Shown: positions 12,001 through 24,000 of the stretch, piece by piece
Layout of the letters: each line of letters starts with the position of its first letter
Position numbering within the stretch: position 1 is the first letter of the stretch
NCBI GenBank assembly: GCA_000004985.1
Contig: GG738932.1
DNA from: Naegleria gruberi
Taxonomy: Eukaryota
DNA length: 64,000 bases
Reading direction: 5' to 3' (one strand)
Made by a program: the position numbers and the translations under genes
Notes under the pieces: generated by a model
The model's database searches: none
What the model saw: the letters and a program-made list of their open reading frames with translations, nothing else
What the model was told of the DNA's origin: nothing

Positions 12001-15000
12001 NNNNNNNNNNNNNNNNNNNNNNNNNNNNNNNNNNNNNNNNNNNNNNNNNNNNNNNNNNNNNNNNNNNNNNNNNNNNNNNNNNNNNNNNNNNNNNNNNNNN
12101 NNNNNNNNNNNNNNNNNNNNNNNNNNNNNNNNNNNNNNNNNNNNNNNNNNNNNNNNNNNNNNNNNNNNNNNNNNNNNNNNNNNNNNNNNNNNNNNNNNNN
12201 NNNNNNNNNNNNNNNNNNNNNNNNNNNNNNNNNNNNNNNNNNNNNNNNNNNNNNNNNNNNNNNNNNNNNNNNNNNNNNNNNNNNNNNNNNNNNNNNNNNN
12301 NNNNNNNNNNNNNNNNNNNNNNNNNNNNNNNNNNNNNNNNNNNNNNNNNNNNNNNNNNNNNNNNNNNNNNNNNNNNNNNNNNNNNNNNNNNNNNNNNNNN
12401 NNNNNNNNNNNNNNNNNNNNNNNNNNNNNNNNNNNNNNNNNNNNNNNNNNNNNNNNNNNNNNNNNNNNNNNNNNNNNNNNNNNNNNNNNNNNNNNNNNNN
12501 NNNNNNNNNNNNNNNNNNNNNNNNNNNNNNNNNNNNNNNNNNNNNNNNNNNNNNNNNNNNNNNNNNNNNNNNNNNNNNNNNNNNNNNNNNNNNNNNNNNN
12601 NNNNNNNNNNNNNNNNNNNNNNNNNNNNNNNNNNNNNNNNNNNNNNNNNNNNNNNNNNNNNNNNNNNNNNNNNNNNNNNNNNNNNNNNNNNNNNNNNNNN
12701 NNNNNNNNNNNNNNNNNNNNNNNNNNNNNNNNNNNNNNNNNNNNNNNNNNNNNNNNNNNNNNNNNNNNNNNNNNNNNNNNNNNNNNNNNNNNNNNNNNNN
12801 NNNNNNNNNNNNNNNNNNNNNNNNNNNNNNNNNNNNNNNNNNNNNNNNNNNNNNNNNNNNNNNNNNNNNNNNNNNNNNNNNNNNNNNNNNNNNNNNNNNN
12901 NNNNNNNNNNNNNNNNNNNNNNNNNNNNNNNNNNNNNNNNNNNNNNNNNNNNNNNNNNNNNNNNNNNNNNNNNNNNNNNNNNNNNNNNNNNNNNNNNNNN
13001 NNNNNNNNNNNNNNNNNNNNNNNNNNNNNNNNNNNNNNNNNNNNNNNNNNNNNNNNNNNNNNNNNNNNNNNNNNNNNNNNNNNNNNNNNNNNNNNNNNNN
13101 NNNNNNNNNNNNNNNNNNNNNNNNNNNNNNNNNNNNNNNNNNNNNNNNNNNNNNNNNNNNNNNNNNNNNNNNNNNNNNNNNNNNNNNNNNNNNNNNNNNN
13201 NNNNNNNNNNNNNNNNNNNNNNNNNNNNNNNNNNNNNNNNNNNNNNNNNNNNNNNNNNNNNNNNNNNNNNNNNNNNNNNNNNNNNNNNNNNNNNNNNNNN
13301 NNNNNNNNNNNNNNNNNNNNNNNNNNNNNNNNNNNNNNNNNNNNNNNNNNNNNNNNNNNNNNNNNNNNNNNNNNNNNNNNNNNNNNNNNNNNNNNNNNNN
13401 NNNNNNNNNNNNNNNNNNNNNNNNNNNNNNNNNNNNNNNNNNNNNNNNNNNNNNNNNNNNNNNNNNNNNNNNNNNNNNNNNNNNNNNNNNNNNNNNNNNN
13501 NNNNNNNNNNNNNNNNNNNNNNNNNNNNNNNNNNNNNNNNNNNNNNNNNNNNNNNNNNNNNNNNNNNNNNNNNNNNNNNNNNNNNNNNNNNNNNNNNNNN
13601 NNNNNNNNNNNNNNNNNNNNNNNNNNNNNNNNNNNNNNNNNNNNNNNNNNNNNNNNNNNNNNNNNNNNNNNNNNNNNNNNNNNNNNNNNNNNNNNNNNNN
13701 NNNNNNNNNNNNNNNNNNNNNNNNNNNNNNNNNNNNNNNNNNNNNNNNNNNNNNNNNNNNNNNNNNNNNNNNNNNNNNNNNNNNNNNNNNNNNNNNNNNN
13801 NNNNNNNNNNNNNNNNNNNNNNNNNNNNNNNNNNNNNNNNNNNNNNNNNNNNNNNNNNNNNNNNNNNNNNNNNNNNNNNNNNNNNNNNNNNNNNNNNNNN
13901 NNNNNNNNNNNNNNNNNNNNNNNNNNNNNNNNNNNNNNNNNNNNNNNNNNNNNNNNNNNNNNNNNNNNNNNNNNNNNNNNNNNNNNNNNNNNNNNNNNNN
14001 NNNNNNNNNNNNNNNNNNNNNNNNNNNNNNNNNNNNNNNNNNNNNNNNNNNNNNNNNNNNNNNNNNNNNNNNNNNNNNNNNNNNNNNNNNNNNNNNNNNN
14101 NNNNNNNNNNNNNNNNNNNNNNNNNNNNNNNNNNNNNNNNNNNNNNNNNNNNNNNNNNNNNNNNNNNNNNNNNNNNNNNNNNNNNNNNNNNNNNNNNNNN
14201 NNNNNNNNNNNNNNNNNNNNNNNNNNNNNNNNNNNNNNNNNNNNNNNNNNNNNNNNNNNNNNNNNNNNNNNNNNNNNNNNNNNNNNNNNNNNNNNNNNNN
14301 NNNNNNNNNNNNNNNNNNNNNNNNNNNNNNNNNNNNNNNNNNNNNNNNNNNNNNNNNNNNNNNNNNNNNNNNNNNNNNNNNNNNNNNNNNNNNNNNNNNN
14401 NNNNNNNNNNNNNNNNNNNNNNNNNNNNNNNNNNNNNNNNNNNNNNNNNNNNNNNNNNNNNNNNNNNNNNNNNNNNNNNNNNNNNNNNNNNNNNNNNNNN
14501 NNNNNNNNNNNNNNNNNNNNNNNNNNNNNNNNNNNNNNNNNNNNNNNNNNNNNNNNNNNNNNNNNNNNNNNNNNNNNNNNNNNNNNNNNNNNNNNNNNNN
14601 NNNNNNNNNNNNNNNNNNNNNNNNNNNNNNNNNNNNNNNNNNNNNNNNNNNNNNNNNNNNNNNNNNNNNNNNNNNNNNNNNNNNNNNNNNNNNNNNNNNN
14701 NNNNNNNNNNNNNNNNNNNNNNNNNNNNNNNNNNNNNNNNNNNNNNNNNNNNNNNNNNNNNNNNNNNNNNNNNNNNNNNNNNNNNNNNNNNNNNNNNNNN
14801 NNNNNNNNNNNNNNNNNNNNNNNNNNNNNNNNNNNNNNNNNNNNNNNNNNNNNNNNNNNNNNNNNNNNNNNNNNNNNNNNNNNNNNNNNNNNNNNNNNNN
14901 NNNNNNNNNNNNNNNNNNNNNNNNNNNNNNNNNNNNNNNNNNNNNNNNNNNNNNNNNNNNNNNNNNNNNNNNNNNNNNNNNNNNNNNNNNNNNNNNNNNN

Positions 15001-18000
15001 NNNNNNNNNNNNNNNNNNNNNNNNNNNNNNNNNNNNNNNNNNNNNNNNNNNNNNNNNNNNNNNNNNNNNNNNNNNNNNNNNNNNNNNNNNNNNNNNNNNN
15101 NNNNNNNNNNNNNNNNNNNNNNNNNNNNNNNNNNNNNNNNNNNNNNNNNNNNNNNNNNNNNNNNNNNNNNNNNNNNNNNNNNNNNNNNNNNNNNNNNNNN
15201 NNNNNNNNNNNNNNNNNNNNNNNNNNNNNNNNNNNNNNNNNNNNNNNNNNNNNNNNNNNNNNNNNNNNNNNNNNNNNNNNNNNNNNNNNNNNNNNNNNNN
15301 NNNNNNNNNNNNNNNNNNNNNNNNNNNNNNNNNNNNNNNNNNNNNNNNNNNNNNNNNNNNNNNNNNNNNNNNNNNNNNNNNNNNNNNNNNNNNNNNNNNN
15401 NNNNNNNNNNNNNNNNNNNNNNNNNNNNNNNNNNNNNNNNNNNNNNNNNNNNNNNNNNNNNNNNNNNNNNNNNNNNNNNNNNNNNNNNNNNNNNNNNNNN
15501 NNNNNNNNNNNNNNNNNNNNNNNNNNNNNNNNNNNNNNNNNNNNNNNNNNNNNNNNNNNNNNNNNNNNNNNNNNNNNNNNNNNNNNNNNNNNNNNNNNNN
15601 NNNNNNNNNNNNNNNNNNNNNNNNNNNNNNNNNNNNNNNNNNNNNNNNNNNNNNNNNNNNNNNNNNNNNNNNNNNNNNNNNNNNNNNNNNNNNNNNNNNN
15701 NNNNNNNNNNNNNNNNNNNNNNNNNNNNNNNNNNNNNNNNNNNNNNNNNNNNNNNNNNNNNNNNNNNNNNNNNNNNNNNNNNNNNNNNNNNNNNNNNNNN
15801 NNNNNNNNNNNNNNNNNNNNNNNNNNNNNNNNNNNNNNNNNNNNNNNNNNNNNNNNNNNNNNNNNNNNNNNNNNNNNNNNNNNNNNNNNNNNNNNNNNNN
15901 NNNNNNNNNNNNNNNNNNNNNNNNNNNNNNNNNNNNNNNNNNNNNNNNNNNNNNNNNNNNNNNNNNNNNNNNNNNNNNNNNNNNNNNNNNNNNNNNNNNN
16001 NNNNNNNNNNNNNNNNNNNNNNNNNNNNNNNNNNNNNNNNNNNNNNNNNNNNNNNNNNNNNNNNNNNNNNNNNNNNNNNNNNNNNNNNNNNNNNNNNNNN
16101 NNNNNNNNNNNNNNNNNNNNNNNNNNNNNNNNNNNNNNNNNNNNNNNNNNNNNNNNNNNNNNNNNNNNNNNNNNNNNNNNNNNNNNNNNNNNNNNNNNNN
16201 NNNNNNNNNNNNNNNNNNNNNNNNNNNNNNNNNNNNNNNNNNNNNNNNNNNNNNNNNNNNNNNNNNNNNNNNNNNNNNNNNNNNNNNNNNNNNNNNNNNN
16301 NNNNNNNNNNNNNNNNNNNNNNNNNNNNNNNNNNNNNNNNNNNNNNNNNNNNNNNNNNNNNNNNNNNNNNNNNNNNNNNNNNNNNNNNNNNNNNNNNNNN
16401 NNNNNNNNNNNNNNNNNNNNNNNNNNNNNNNNNNNNNNNNNNNNNNNNNNNNNNNNNNNNNNNNNNNNNNNNNNNNNNNNNNNNNNNNNNNNNNNNNNNN
16501 NNNNNNNNNNNNNNNNNNNNNNNNNNNNNNNNNNNNNNNNNNNNNNNNNNNNNNNNNNNNNNNNNNNNNNNNNNNNNNNNNNNNNNNNNNNNNNNNNNNN
16601 NNNNNNNNNNNNNNNNNNNNNNNNNNNNNNNNNNNNNNNNNNNNNNNNNNNNNNNNNNNNNNNNNNNNNNNNNNNNNNNNNNNNNNNNNNNNNNNNNNNN
16701 NNNNNNNNNNNNNNNNNNNNNNNNNNNNNNNNNNNNNNNNNNNNNNNNNNNNNNNNNNNNNNNNNNNNNNNNNNNNNNNNNNNNNNNNNNNNNNNNNNNN
16801 NNNNNNNNNNNNNNNNNNNNNNNNNNNNNNNNNNNNNNNNNNNNNNNNNNNNNNNNNNNNNNNNNNNNNNNNNNNNNNNNNNNNNNNNNNNNNNNNNNNN
16901 NNNNNNNNNNNNNNNNNNNNNNNNNNNNNNNNNNNNNNNNNNNNNNNNNNNNNNNNNNNNNNNNNNNNNNNNNNNNNNNNNNNNNNNNNNNNNNNNNNNN
17001 NNNNNNNNNNNNNNNNNNNNNNNNNNNNNNNNNNNNNNNNNNNNNNNNNNNNNNNNNNNNNNNNNNNNNNNNNNNNNNNNNNNNNNNNNNNNNNNNNNNN
17101 NNNNNNNNNNNNNNNNNNNNNNNNNNNNNNNNNNNNNNNNNNNNNNNNNNNNNNNNNNNNNNNNNNNNNNNNNNNNNNNNNNNNNNNNNNNNNNNNNNNN
17201 NNNNNNNNNNNNNNNNNNNNNNNNNNNNNNNNNNNNNNNNNNNNNNNNNNNNNNNNNNNNNNNNNNNNNNNNNNNNNNNNNNNNNNNNNNNNNNNNNNNN
17301 NNNNNNNNNNNNNNNNNNNNNNNNNNNNNNNNNNNNNNNNNNNNNNNNNNNNNNNNNNNNNNNNNNNNNNNNNNNNNNNNNNNNNNNNNNNNNNNNNNNN
17401 NNNNNNNNNNNNNNNNNNNNNNNNNNNNNNNNNNNNNNNNNNNNNNNNNNNNNNNNNNNNNNNNNNNNNNNNNNNNNNNNNNNNNNNNNNNNNNNNNNNN
17501 NNNNNNNNNNNNNNNNNNNNNNNNNNNNNNNNNNNNNNNNNNNNNNNNNNNNNNNNNNNNNNNNNNNNNNNNNNNNNNNNNNNNNNNNNNNNNNNNNNNN
17601 NNNNNNNNNNNNNNNNNNNNNNNNNNNNNNNNNNNNNNNNNNNNNNNNNNNNNNNNNNNNNNNNNNNNNNNNNNNNNNNNNNNNNNNNNNNNNNNNNNNN
17701 NNNNNNNNNNNNNNNNNNNNNNNNNNNNNNNNNNNNNNNNNNNNNNNNNNNNNNNNNNNNNNNNNNNNNNNNNNNNNNNNNNNNNNNNNNNNNNNNNNNN
17801 NNNNNNNNNNNNNNNNNNNNNNNNNNNNNNNNNNNNNNNNNNNNNNNNNNNNNNNNNNNNNNNNNNNNNNNNNNNNNNNNNNNNNNNNNNNNNNNNNNNN
17901 NNNNNNNNNNNNNNNNNNNNNNNNNNNNNNNNNNNNNNNNNNNNNNNNNNNNNNNNNNNNNNNNNNNNNNNNNNNNNNNNNNNNNNNNNNNNNNNNNNNN

Positions 18001-21000
18001 NNNNNNNNNNNNNNNNNNNNNNNNNNNNNNNNNNNNNNNNNNNNNNNNNNNNNNNNNNNNNNNNNNNNNNNNNNNNNNNNNNNNNNNNNNNNNNNNNNNN
18101 NNNNNNNNNNNNNNNNNNNNNNNNNNNNNNNNNNNNNNNNNNNNNNNNNNNNNNNNNNNNNNNNNNNNNNNNNNNNNNNNNNNNNNNNNNNNNNNNNNNN
18201 NNNNNNNNNNNNNNNNNNNNNNNNNNNNNNNNNNNNNNNNNNNNNNNNNNNNNNNNNNNNNNNNNNNNNNNNNNNNNNNNNNNNNNNNNNNNNNNNNNNN
18301 NNNNNNNNNNNNNNNNNNNNNNNNNNNNNNNNNNNNNNNNNNNNNNNNNNNNNNNNNNNNNNNNNNNNNNNNNNNNNNNNNNNNNNNNNNNNNNNNNNNN
18401 NNNNNNNNNNNNNNNNNNNNNNNNNNNNNNNNNNNNNNNNNNNNNNNNNNNNNNNNNNNNNNNNNNNNNNNNNNNNNNNNNNNNNNNNNNNNNNNNNNNN
18501 NNNNNNNNNNNNNNNNNNNNNNNNNNNNNNNNNNNNNNNNNNNNNNNNNNNNNNNNNNNNNNNNNNNNNNNNNNNNNNNNNNNNNNNNNNNNNNNNNNNN
18601 NNNNNNNNNNNNNNNNNNNNNNNNNNNNNNNNNNNNNNNNNNNNNNNNNNNNNNNNNNNNNNNNNNNNNNNNNNNNNNNNNNNNNNNNNNNNNNNNNNNN
18701 NNNNNNNNNNNNNNNNNNNNNNNNNNNNNNNNNNNNNNNNNNNNNNNNNNNNNNNNNNNNNNNNNNNNNNNNNNNNNNNNNNNNNNNNNNNNNNNNNNNN
18801 NNNNNNNNNNNNNNNNNNNNNNNNNNNNNNNNNNNNNNNNNNNNNNNNNNNNNNNNNNNNNNNNNNNNNNNNNNNNNNNNNNNNNNNNNNNNNNNNNNNN
18901 NNNNNNNNNNNNNNNNNNNNNNNNNNNNNNNNNNNNNNNNNNNNNNNNNNNNNNNNNNNNNNNNNNNNNNNNNNNNNNNNNNNNNNNNNNNNNNNNNNNN
19001 NNNNNNNNNNNNNNNNNNNNNNNNNNNNNNNNNNNNNNNNNNNNNNNNNNNNNNNNNNNNNNNNNNNNNNNNNNNNNNNNNNNNNNNNNNNNNNNNNNNN
19101 NNNNNNNNNNNNNNNNNNNNNNNNNNNNNNNNNNNNNNNNNNNNNNNNNNNNNNNNNNNNNNNNNNNNNNNNNNNNNNNNNNNNNNNNNNNNNNNNNNNN
19201 NNNNNNNNNNNNNNNNNNNNNNNNNNNNNNNNNNNNNNNNNNNNNNNNNNNNNNNNNNNNNNNNNNNNNNNNNNNNNNNNNNNNNNNNNNNNNNNNNNNN
19301 NNNNNNNNNNNNNNNNNNNNNNNNNNNNNNNNNNNNNNNNNNNNNNNNNNNNNNNNNNNNNNNNNNNNNNNNNNNNNNNNNNNNNNNNNNNNNNNNNNNN
19401 NNNNNNNNNNNNNNNNNNNNNNNNNNNNNNNNNNNNNNNNNNNNNNNNNNNNNNNNNNNNNNNNNNNNNNNNNNNNNNNNNNNNNNNNNNNNNNNNNNNN
19501 NNNNNNNNNNNNNNNNNNNNNNNNNNNNNNNNNNNNNNNNNNNNNNNNNNNNNNNNNNNNNNNNNNNNNNNNNNNNNNNNNNNNNNNNNNNNNNNNNNNN
19601 NNNNNNNNNNNNNNNNNNNNNNNNNNNNNNNNNNNNNNNNNNNNNNNNNNNNNNNNNNNNNNNNNNNNNNNNNNNNNNNNNNNNNNNNNNNNNNNNNNNN
19701 NNNNNNNNNNNNNNNNNNNNNNNNNNNNNNNNNNNNNNNNNNNNNNNNNNNNNNNNNNNNNNNNNNNNNNNNNNNNNNNNNNNNNNNNNNNNNNNNNNNN
19801 NNNNNNNNNNNNNNNNNNNNNNNNNNNNNNNNNNNNNNNNNNNNNNNNNNNNNNNNNNNNNNNNNNNNNNNNNNNNNNNNNNNNNNNNNNNNNNNNNNNN
19901 NNNNNNNNNNNNNNNNNNNNNNNNNNNNNNNNNNNNNNNNNNNNNNNNNNNNNNNNNNNNNNNNNNNNNNNNNNNNNNNNNNNNNNNNNNNNNNNNNNNN
20001 NNNNNNNNNNNNNNNNNNNNNNNNNNNNNNNNNNNNNNNNNNNNNNNNNNNNNNNNNNNNNNNNNNNNNNNNNNNNNNNNNNNNNNNNNNNNNNNNNNNN
20101 NNNNNNNNNNNNNNNNNNNNNNNNNNNNNNNNNNNNNNNNNNNNNNNNNNNNNNNNNNNNNNNNNNNNNNNNNNNNNNNNNNNNNNNNNNNNNNNNNNNN
20201 NNNNNNNNNNNNNNNNNNNNNNNNNNNNNNNNNNNNNNNNNNNNNNNNNNNNNNNNNNNNNNNNNNNNNNNNNNNNNNNNNNNNNNNNNNNNNNNNNNNN
20301 NNNNNNNNNNNNNNNNNNNNNNNNNNNNNNNNNNNNNNNNNNNNNNNNNNNNNNNNNNNNNNNNNNNNNNNNNNNNNNNNNNNNNNNNNNNNNNNNNNNN
20401 NNNNNNNNNNNNNNNNNNNNNNNNNNNNNNNNNNNNNNNNNNNNNNNNNNNNNNNNNNNNNNNNNNNNNNNNNNNNNNNNNNNNNNNNNNNNNNNNNNNN
20501 NNNNNNNNNNNNNNNNNNNNNNNNNNNNNNNNNNNNNNNNNNNNNNNNNNNNNNNNNNNNNNNNNNNNNNNNNNNNNNNNNNNNNNNNNNNNNNNNNNNN
20601 NNNNNNNNNNNNNNNNNNNNNNNNNNNNNNNNNNNNNNNNNNNNNNNNNNNNNNNNNNNNNNNNNNNNNNNNNNNNNNNNNNNNNNNNNNNNNNNNNNNN
20701 NNNNNNNNNNNNNNNNNNNNNNNNNNNNNNNNNNNNNNNNNNNNNNNNNNNNNNNNNNNNNNNNNNNNNNNNNNNNNNNNNNNNNNNNNNNNNNNNNNNN
20801 NNNNNNNNNNNNNNNNNNNNNNNNNNNNNNNNNNNNNNNNNNNNNNNNNNNNNNNNNNNNNNNNNNNNNNNNNNNNNNNNNNNNNNNNNNNNNNNNNNNN
20901 NNNNNNNNNNNNNNNNNNNNNNNNNNNNNNNNNNNNNNNNNNNNNNNNNNNNNNNNNNNNNNNNNNNNNNNNNNNNNNNNNNNNNNNNNNNNNNNNNNNN

Positions 21001-24000
21001 NNNNNNNNNNNNNNNNNNNNNNNNNNNNNNNNNNNNNNNNNNNNNNNNNNNNNNNNNNNNNNNNNNNNNNNNNNNNNNNNNNNNNNNNNNNNNNNNNNNN
21101 NNNNNNNNNNNNNNNNNNNNNNNNNNNNNNNNNNNNNNNNNNNNNNNNNNNNNNNNNNNNNNNNNNNNNNNNNNNNNNNNNNNNNNNNNNNNNNNNNNNN
21201 NNNNNNNNNNNNNNNNNNNNNNNNNNNNNNNNNNNNNNNNNNNNNNNNNNNNNNNNNNNNNNNNNNNNNNNNNNNNNNNNNNNNNNNNNNNNNNNNNNNN
21301 NNNNNNNNNNNNNNNNNNNNNNNNNNNNNNNNNNNNNNNNNNNNNNNNNNNNNNNNNNNNNNNNNNNNNNNNNNNNNNNNNNNNNNNNNNNNNNNNNNNN
21401 NNNNNNNNNNNNNNNNNNNNNNNNNNNNNNNNNNNNNNNNNNNNNNNNNNNNNNNNNNNNNNNNNNNNNNNNNNNNNNNNNNNNNNNNNNNNNNNNNNNN
21501 NNNNNNNNNNNNNNNNNNNNNNNNNNNNNNNNNNNNNNNNNNNNNNNNNNNNNNNNNNNNNNNNNNNNNNNNNNNNNNNNNNNNNNNNNNNNNNNNNNNN
21601 NNNNNNNNNNNNNNNNNNNNNNNNNNNNNNNNNNNNNNNNNNNNNNNNNNNNNNNNNNNNNNNNNNNNNNNNNNNNNNNNNNNNNNNNNNNNNNNNNNNN
21701 NNNNNNNNNNNNNNNNNNNNNNNNNNNNNNNNNNNNNNNNNNNNNNNNNNNNNNNNNNNNNNNNNNNNNNNNNNNNNNNNNNNNNNNNNNNNNNNNNNNN
21801 NNNNNNNNNNNNNNNNNNNNNNNNNNNNNNNNNNNNNNNNNNNNNNNNNNNNNNNNNNNNNNNNNNNNNNNNNNNNNNNNNNNNNNNNNNNNNNNNNNNN
21901 NNNNNNNNNNNNNNNNNNNNNNNNNNNNNNNNNNNNNNNNNNNNNNNNNNNNNNNNNNNNNNNNNNNNNNNNNNNNNNNNNNNNNNNNNNNNNNNNNNNN
22001 NNNNNNNNNNNNNNNNNNNNNNNNNNNNNNNNNNNNNNNNNNNNNNNNNNNNNNNNNNNNNNNNNNNNNNNNNNNNNNNNNNNNNNNNNNNNNNNNNNNN
22101 NNNNNNNNNNNNNNNNNNNNNNNNNNNNNNNNNNNNNNNNNNNNNNNNNNNNNNNNNNNNNNNNNNNNNNNNNNNNNNNNNNNNNNNNNNNNNNNNNNNN
22201 NNNNNNNNNNNNNNNNNNNNNNNNNNNNNNNNNNNNNNNNNNNNNNNNNNNNNNNNNNNNNNNNNNNNNNNNNNNNNNNNNNNNNNNNNNNNNNNNNNNN
22301 NNNNNNNNNNNNNNNNNNNNNNNNNNNNNNNNNNNNNNNNNNNNNNNNNNNNNNNNNNNNNNNNNNNNNNNNNNNNNNNNNNNNNNNNNNNNNNNNNNNN
22401 NNNNNNNNNNNNNNNNNNNNNNNNNNNNNNNNNNNNNNNNNNNNNNNNNNNNNNNNNNNNNNNNNNNNNNNNNNNNNNNNNNNNNNNNNNNNNNNNNNNN
22501 NNNNNNNNNNNNNNNNNNNNNNNNNNNNNNNNNNNNNNNNNNNNNNNNNNNNNNNNNNNNNNNNNNNNNNNNNNNNNNNNNNNNNNNNNNNNNNNNNNNN
22601 NNNNNNNNNNNNNNNNNNNNNNNNNNNNNNNNNNNNNNNNNNNNNNNNNNNNNNNNNNNNNNNNNNNNNNNNNNNNNNNNNNNNNNNNNNNNNNNNNNNN
22701 NNNNNNNNNNNNNNNNNNNNNNNNNNNNNNNNNNNNNNNNNNNNNNNNNNNNNNNNNNNNNNNNNNNNNNNNNNNNNNNNNNNNNNNNNNNNNNNNNNNN
22801 NNNNNNNNNNNNNNNNNNNNNNNNNNNNNNNNNNNNNNNNNNNNNNNNNNNNNNNNNNNNNNNNNNNNNNNNNNNNNNNNNNNNNNNNNNNNNNNNNNNN
22901 NNNNNNNNNNNNNNNNNNNNNNNNNNNNNNNNNNNNNNNNNNNNNNNNNNNNNNNNNNNNNNNNNNNNNNNNNNNNNNNNNNNNNNNNNNNNNNNNNNNN
23001 NNNNNNNNNNNNNNNNNNNNNNNNNNNNNNNNNNNNNNNNNNNNNNNNNNNNNNNNNNNNNNNNNNNNNNNNNNNNNNNNNNNNNNNNNNNNNNNNNNNN
23101 NNNNNNNNNNNNNNNNNNNNNNNNNNNNNNNNNNNNNNNNNNNNNNNNNNNNNNNNNNNNNNNNNNNNNNNNNNNNNNNNNNNNNNNNNNNNNNNNNNNN
23201 NNNNNNNNNNNNNNNNNNNNNNNNNNNNNNNNNNNNNNNNNNNNNNNNNNNNNNNNNNNNNNNNNNNNNNNNNNNNNNNNNNNNNNNNNNNNNNNNNNNN
23301 NNNNNNNNNNNNNNNNNNNNNNNNNNNNNNNNNNNNNNNNNNNNNNNNNNNNNNNNNNNNNNNNNNNNNNNNNNNNNNNNNNNNNNNNNNNNNNNNNNNN
23401 NNNNNNNNNNNNNNNNNNNNNNNNNNNNNNNNNNNNNNNNNNNNNNNNNNNNNNNNNNNNNNNNNNNNNNNNNNNNNNNNNNNNNNNNNNNNNNNNNNNN
23501 NNNNNNNNNNNNNNNNNNNNNNNNNNNNNNNNNNNNNNNNNNNNNNNNNNNNNNNNNNNNNNNNNNNNNNNNNNNNNNNNNNNNNNNNNNNNNNNNNNNN
23601 NNNNNNNNNNNNNNNNNNNNNNNNNNNNNNNNNNNNNNNNNNNNNNNNNNNNNNNNNNNNNNNNNNNNNNNNNNNNNNNNNNNNNNNNNNNNNNNNNNNN
23701 NNNNNNNNNNNNNNNNNNNNNNNNNNNNNNNNNNNNNNNNNNNNNNNNNNNNNNNNNNNNNNNNNNNNNNNNNNNNNNNNNNNNNNNNNNNNNNNNNNNN
23801 NNNNNNNNNNNNNNNNNNNNNNNNNNNNNNNNNNNNNNNNNNNNNNNNNNNNNNNNNNNNNNNNNNNNNNNNNNNNNNNNNNNNNNNNNNNNNNNNNNNN
23901 NNNNNNNNNNNNNNNNNNNNNNNNNNNNNNNNNNNNNNNNNNNNNNNNNNNNNNNNNNNNNNNNNNNNNNNNNNNNNNNNNNNNNNNNNNNNNNNNNNNN